This document shows positions 58,719 through 64,000 of a stretch of DNA of 64,000 bases, piece after piece. Source of the stretch: Candidatus Latescibacterota bacterium (GTDB lineage: Bacteria; Latescibacterota; UBA2968); assembly GCA_965198115.1 (NCBI GenBank), contig OZ240241.1, positions 3,392,001 through 3,456,000 of the forward strand. Reading direction: 5' to 3'. The position numbers and the translations under genes were made by a program. The first letter of the stretch is position 1. Each line of letters begins with the position of its first letter. Under the pieces are notes generated by a model. That model made no database searches. It saw nothing but the letters and a program-made list of their open reading frames with translations, and had not been told where the DNA came from.

Positions 58719-61176
58719 TCAGGCGATACACCCTTCGAGCAGCCTGATGACTAACCGTTTGTGCTCGACCCGCATCAGGTTGTCCAACAGTTCGAGGGCG
58801 TTCGACTGGCGATCCTTCTCGGCACTGATCAATCCCACGTAGGCACGCGTCACGTCTTCGCGGGGGTAGATCAGTCCCAATAGCCCGACCACAATCCGCA
58901 GTCTGTGGTCCTTCCCTTCGGCCGTGGTCGGAACACCGGCGTCCGTTTCCTTTCGAATCGCTCGGGTCACCTTCTCCTCGTCAATCTCCAGATTTTCGAC
59001 GCGGGCGTTGATCTCTCCGAGCGCCTCGAGGATCGAAAGACCCAACTCATCCTGGTGCTTTTCCAGAATATCGAGCAGCGTGTCGGCCGCGGCCTGAGTA
59101 CCGATGGCTGCGTAGCACTCAGAAACGGCGCGCCGAATCGCGATCGATTCTTGTGGGTCATCCACATAGTCACGGAGGGCGTGGACGACCCGATCCCCGT
59201 AGCCACGAATCGCGCGCTGAGCATAAATCACGAGGCCCTCGTCGGCCAGGTGCGGAACGACCAGCGGCAGAAAAACGCGACGGCCCGTACGCGACGTGCC
59301 CTCGAGCGCGGATCGAACGACAACGGGGGAATTGTGGCGTAGCAGTTGCATCATCAGATCGTCGTATTCGGGATCGTCAATGGTCCCCAGAATCAGTGCC
59401 ACTTCGGCGGCTGCATCCTCGTCGCCGTAGTCGGGTCCGCACGCCTCCCCGAGCGAATCACGCACCTTCTGCTTTTCCATCGATTCGTTCAGGGCCAGCG
59501 ACCCGATTGCTGCAATACGAACGCGCGAATCCTCATCCTCCAGCAGACTGTTGAGTTTGGCCCCCAGGTATGGGCGCCCGTAGAGACACAGGTAGCGCAC
59601 GGCGATCACCCGTACATCGGCGTTCCCCGAATCGAGCATCGCCTCGGCTTCTTTGACGCACTGGGCCTGAGATTCCTGCCCGAGGACACTCAGGGCTTCG
59701 GCCCTGACCGTTTCTGAAGGATGAGATCGGGCCGCTCGTTCCAGGCCCTCGAGAACCGAAGACTTGTCGTGCATCAAGTCTAGCATCGCCAACGCGCTCA
59801 GTGCCGCGGTTTCATCGGGGTCGTCGAGCTGTTCTGAAAGCAGATCGACCGTGCCGGTGTCCAACACCTCCGCCGCCCGATCCTGAGACTCGCCCGAAAC
59901 ATCAGCGAAGAAGCTTCGCACCGTACTCAGGTATTCCCGTCGGATCACGAAAACAGCAATGAACCAACCTCCAATAATGACCAGCGAGATGATGCTGAGC
60001 ATGCGTATCTGCAGACCCATCACAGCGGTGAAGAACAGGATCATCAATCCGCCCAGACCGTCGAACAATCGAGTACCGAACATATCGATCAAGGGCCGTA
60101 CACGGGCGCGCACTTTCGACGGAAGCGGGAGATACAGGACCTCGAACGTGGCTTCCTGAAGCGAATAGCGAATGCCGCCCTCGGCGAATTTGGAGGCGCT
60201 CGCCACGAGCAACGTGGGATAGATGAGGAATCCGACAGCACCCGTTGACAGAGCGAGGGGCAGCAACACGAGCGAGAAACCGACGCCGAATCGCAGGAGC
60301 AGGTAGCGCGTCCCGATCAGCTGGATGAACAAGGCAATCACGTTCTGGGCGGCAAAGAACTTCGCGAAGAATGACGTCTTTTCGTTCGCAGACGCGAAAG
60401 CTTCGCTCGTCACCGTCTGGAACTGAACATCGAGGATAGCCGACGCGATCATGCTGGCACCGAGGATGGCACCGATCAGCTTGATGTGACGATGCTCCTT
60501 GAGCAGGTCGAGTGCGGACCCTTCGACCGGCTCTTCCGGCCTTTCCGCGCGGCGCTTCGCATCGGCTCTCTCCAGCTTGATCACAAGGGGCAGCATCAGA
60601 ATCATCGCAGCCACCGATACGTAGAGCAGGTTCTCGGTACCGACTCGATCGACCACACGGAACACGATCGTCGGCCCCAGGATGCCACCGATCGTCCCGC
60701 CGGCTCCGACGACGCCGAACAGACGCTTGGCCTCGCGCGGCGTGAACTGGTTTCCGGCCACCAGCCTGAATTGCGTCAGTAGAATCACCGAAAAGAGCTG
60801 TACGAAGACGTAGAACGGCAACGTCACCCAGTCCCCGGCTGTCTCGAACAGCTGGCGGAACAGGAGGAGGAAAGGCCATGAGCGTGAGGGTCGTCGTCAG
60901 GACGGGGGTTCGACTGTCGTAGAGATCTCCTACGTAATCGACCGCCCAGACGAGGAGCCCCGTGACGACCGCCGTAAGCACCATCGCGACGGGGAGCCAG
61001 TCCGGCCCAAGACGGTCGAGCAGCAGTGAGTTTCGCGTCGGCTTCAGCGTCGTGAACGCCGTGAGCGCGAGCATGTAGTAGACCGAGAGCAAGAGGGCCA
61101 CTCGGTTCTCGGGACGGGACAGATCGAACACACTCGCAAGACGGGAAGCACCCTGTTGTTCTCCTGCCAAAAGCAT
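58719..61176 (-). CDS. NTT/Npt (ATP/ADP translocase-like) transporter fused to HEAT repeats; one extra base near 60872
   Basis: LKPTRNSLLL, REAKRLFG…GGTIGG, FQTV, RYSLQEATFEVLYLPLP…RARVRPLID; C-terminal VRAEAL/VRIAAI/VVRSAL HEAT units; removing one T from TTT gives …AFLLLFRQLF… in frame. Confidence 0.78.
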
Positions 61177-61203
61177 TCCTCCTGTGACCTACAAACGTGA
61201 AAG

Positions 61204-61546
61204 TTAGGATGCTTTCACTGGCAAGCGCACCGTCGATCGACTCGGCCGTCTGGAAGACGGCAGCCAGACGTGTCACACGCATGATGCTCTGCACCTTTGG
61301 GGTCATTCCCGACAAGCGAAACTGGCCTTCCGCCTTCTGTACCGACATCAAACTCGCGGACAGAACTCCGAGCATCGAACTCCCGAACCACTGAACCTCA
61401 CTCAGGTCCACGACGACGTTGGCCACGCCCTCGGCGACCAGAGTCTTGACCTCGTCGAGGAGGGGCGCCACTTCGGGTCCGCTCATCATGCTACCCGATA
61501 ACGCCAGCACCGCGGCATCCTCGTGCATCTCTCGTCGAATATCCAC
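61204..61546 (-). CDS. STAS domain anti-sigma-factor antagonist (stop displaced by a probable indel near 61217)
   Basis: VVVDLSEVQWFGSSMLGVL with the conserved phospho-Ser position; KVQSIMRVTRL; TAA at 61204-61206 lies out of frame. Confidence 0.8.
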
Positions 61547-61561
61547 GCCAGCCCCTTTCGG

Positions 61562-63790
61562 TTAGTTTTGCGTGCCTGCCAGCCACCGGCGCCAGGCATC
61601 GGCATCATCGCCGAGTCGTTCGTCCGTCGTCGTCCGGAGCGCCCGAAGCGCGAACATCCGGACCCCCCGATCTTTGTCTTCGAGCGCCTGAATCAGTCCC
61701 TCGACCCCGGCACGCGCCTTCAGCCGGCCGAGGCCGATGGCAGCTGCCCGCCGGATGGGTACCGCCTCGTGGCGCAACACCGAGACGAGCGCCGGTGCGA
61801 TGGACGTGTCGCCGGACAGACCAAGAGCTTCGACCGCCTCTACAAGGAGCTTCCCGTCGAGCTCAGGCAACACACCGGCGATCGATTCCGCAGCCCCGGC
61901 AAACAGCTTTCGCTCGATGGCTCCTCGAATCGCTGCTCCGCGAACCTCCGCATTTTCGTCCAGGATTGCCCCAAAGAGGGCAACGTTCGAACCGTCGTGA
62001 GAAACGAGAGCCCGAACGACCGCCAGCCTGACACTCGGGTCGGGATCCGCAACCGCCTTGGCCAGGGCCGAAACGGACGACGGGTCCGGCGAAAGCTGAA
62101 GTCCCTTGGCCGCAAGTCGCCGGACCTCGACATCCTCGTCGGACAGACGTGCGCGAAGACCGCGCGAAGATCCGGCGATCCCCATTCCCCAGACCGCCCA
62201 CCGTCTGACCGCGGGCTCCGCATCTGCCAGGAGATCGTGAAGCACCTCCGCACTCTCGCTCGTGCCCGCCCGCGCCACGGCTTGGGCAACCGCTGCTCGC
62301 GTCGCCCCATCGGCATCGCCCGTATACGGGCGCACGTGCGAAACAACGCGAGGCAACCCGGTGCGGCCGAGCTCCTCGATCGCCATCTTGCGCTCCGCCG
62401 TCGATCCCTCGAGATGGCCGGCCAGCGTCTCGACGTAGGTGTCGTCGTCGTGAAGCGTCAGCGCATCGATCGAACGACCCTCGACATCGTAGACATCCAG
62501 GTCCAGCCGTCCACCCCGGATGGTGATCGTGCAGTAGTGCGGCACACTCTCGGACACCGCAGTCCAACTGCTTCGTCCAACCTTATAAAGTGGAGCCCCT
62601 CCTCCGCCTGACACGACCTGTACCACCCCCCGATCGACGCGCTTGTCGCCGCGTAGCGGCCACGTTCTTTCGTAACAATGCTCGTGCCCCGTCAGAACTA
62701 CATCCACGTCGAGTCGCTCGCACAGAGGAACGAGATTCCGCCGGATCGTGAGATTGCTCTTGTGGTAACCGCTGCTGTAGGCCGGGTGGTGCACGACGAC
62801 GAACTTCCATCGGGCCCGACTCGACGCCAGATCCGTCTCGAGCCACACGCGTTGCTCGGTCCCGGCCTCGAGCTCGCCCGATTCGTCGTTTGTGTCGAGC
62901 ACCGCGAAGTGCGCGGGGCCGTAGTCGAACGCATACCACGCCTCGGGCCGCTTCGTAGAACCGTTCGGGGACACTTCGAAGTAGCTGTAGTAAAGCGCGC
63001 TGTCCTTTTCGTGGTTTCCGATGGCCGGATAGATCGGAGCCCGTAAACCGAGCGGGCGAGTGGGCTCGAAATACATGGGCCCCCACTCGGCTTCGACGCG
63101 TCCATCGTTCACAAAGTCTCCCGAATGAATCACGAAATCGAAGGAATGGGTCAGAATCCGCTCGACCACTCGAGTGTGCGTCTTCGGATTCGAACGGCTG
63201 TCCCCATAGAGCGCGAACGTCACTGTCGAATCAGCCGACGCGTTCGTCCTGAATCGTCCCTGAGCGCTGCTGACGCCGTGTGCCGTCACCCGGTAATGGT
63301 AGGGCGTGCCGGGAGTCAGGCCTTCGAACCGAACGCGCCCCTCTCCCCGCTGTTCAACGGCATCTTGACCGTCGGCCTCCAGAAACACGGACGCCTCCGC
63401 CGACGGCGCGACGCCCCACAGGATCGACGTCTCCGTTTCTGTGACGTGCTGCGCATACGGCCCCCTATCGAACCAGACCCCCGCAATGAAGGACGCTTCC
63501 GCTTCGCTCCCCGCCGATGCGACACGGTAGTGATACGTGCGTCCCGGCCTCAGACCGTCCAGAACGACCCGGTGCTCGGTCACGAGGTTCTGGTCGGCCA
63601 CCTCCGCGCCAAAGCTCGGCGTGATCCCGTACGCCACTCGTGAGTCACCGGGTTTTTCCGTCGCCCACGAAATGGCCGCCGCATCCCGTCCGACCGTCTC
63701 TACGTGGGGACCTCGAACAATCCGTACGTCTTCGGCGCACGCTGCAAGAGCAACGAAGCAGAAGGCCGTGCGGATCAGGTGTCTCGTCAT
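61562..63790 (-). CDS. Lipoprotein: two FN3-like domains + purple-acid-phosphatase-type metallophosphoesterase + HEAT repeats
   Basis: Lipobox LAAC; GLRPGRTYHYRV and GLTPGTPYHYRV; GDSR, GDFV, GNHE, HH, GHEH; several VRRxAxxxL HEAT units. Confidence 0.82.
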   Translation of the reverse strand: MTRHLIRTAFCFVALAACAEDVRIVRGPHVETVGRDAAAISWATEKPGDSRVAYGITPSFGAEVADQNLVTEHRVVLDGLRPGRTYHYRVASAGSEAEASFIAGVWFDRGPYAQHVTETETSILWGVAPSAEASVFLEADGQDAVEQRGEGRVRFEGLTPGTPYHYRVTAHGVSSAQGRFRTNASADSTVTFALYGDSRSNPKTHTRVVERILTHSFDFVIHSGDFVNDGRVEAEWGPMYFEPTRPLGLRAPIYPAIGNHEKDSALYYSYFEVSPNGSTKRPEAWYAFDYGPAHFAVLDTNDESGELEAGTEQRVWLETDLASSRARWKFVVVHHPAYSSGYHKSNLTIRRNLVPLCERLDVDVVLTGHEHCYERTWPLRGDKRVDRGVVQVVSGGGGAPLYKVGRSSWTAVSESVPHYCTITIRGGRLDLDVYDVEGRSIDALTLHDDDTYVETLAGHLEGSTAERKMAIEELGRTGLPRVVSHVRPYTGDADGATRAAVAQAVARAGTSESAEVLHDLLADAEPAVRRWAVWGMGIAGSSRGLRARLSDEDVEVRRLAAKGLQLSPDPSSVSALAKAVADPDPSVRLAVVRALVSHDGSNVALFGAILDENAEVRGAAIRGAIERKLFAGAAESIAGVLPELDGKLLVEAVEALGLSGDTSIAPALVSVLRHEAVPIRRAAAIGLGRLKARAGVEGLIQALEDKDRGVRMFALRALRTTTDERLGDDADAWRRWLAGTQN

Positions 63791-63804
63791 TCGCACCCTC
63801 GACT

Positions 63805-63999
63805 CTACCCAGAGCTCATGAGTGGAAGCGGGAACATCACTTCGTCCTCGCCGTAAGTCGCGATACGCTCATCGACCATTTTCAAAAGGTTCTGCACACG
63901 GGCCCAGAGCGCGTCGGTTTGATAGCTCTTCAGATACTTCCGCAAGGCCCTGTGGAGCTTCTTCTTTTCCAGCGTCCGAAGCGCTGCGATGGGCTCGCG
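63805..63999 (-). CDS. C-terminal 64 aa of a gene truncated by the window edge; resembles the tail of secreted atypical (Fam20/PI3-4K-fold) kinase-like proteins
   Basis: REPIAALRTLEKKKLHRALRKYLKSYQTDALWARVQNLLKMVDERIATYGEDEVMF…*; the family assignment is pattern recall only. Confidence 0.4.
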   Translation of the reverse strand, partial: REPIAALRTLEKKKLHRALRKYLKSYQTDALWARVQNLLKMVDERIATYGEDEVMFPLPLMSSG

Positions 64000-64000
64000 G

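Noticed and set aside
60824-61546. 240-aa STAS fusion as given by the ORF track
   Set aside because: The extension overlaps the NTT gene out of frame and reads as non-protein-like; an indel before TAA at 61204-61206 explains it better.

Overview
A GC-rich, mostly housekeeping bacterial chromosome segment. A SprA-type T9SS translocon, LptF/G and the sequence style suggest a diderm FCB-related lineage such as Latescibacterota or Gemmatimonadota; this placement is inference. In order, the window holds: DUF3179, GGDEF, a PufC-like tetraheme cytochrome c, wecB, a phosphodiesterase, tRNA-His, tRNA-Arg, an Nth-like glycosylase, PilZ, a dead IS200, TetR/cNMP/HD, M23, lptGF, then sprA-comEA-PilM-like-coaD-obgE-dprA. 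Next come two TM/coiled-coil genes (one with a REC domain), lexA with three tandem operator-like boxes, and an orphan duplicated-domain protein plus PqqD pair. An 11-gene nuoABCDHIJKLMN operon (no nuoEFG) lies head-to-head with sufBCDSUT-rrf2-[second nuoB]-nfuA. The rest is ytfJ/ytfI, a phosphosugar mutase, an IlvD/Edd dehydratase, CBS, FapA, GNAT, SDR, an intact IS256 with an 8-bp TSD, aspC, and a right-edge cluster of NTT-HEAT transporter, STAS, exported metallophosphatase-HEAT and a truncated possibly kinase-like gene. About seven small indels break otherwise intact genes and look mostly like consensus errors. The best candidates for undescribed biology are the right-edge NTT/phosphatase/kinase-like cluster, the stand-alone NuoB inside the Fe-S biogenesis locus, the LexA operator array and the orphan PqqD pair. 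All calls come from motif reading, not database searches.
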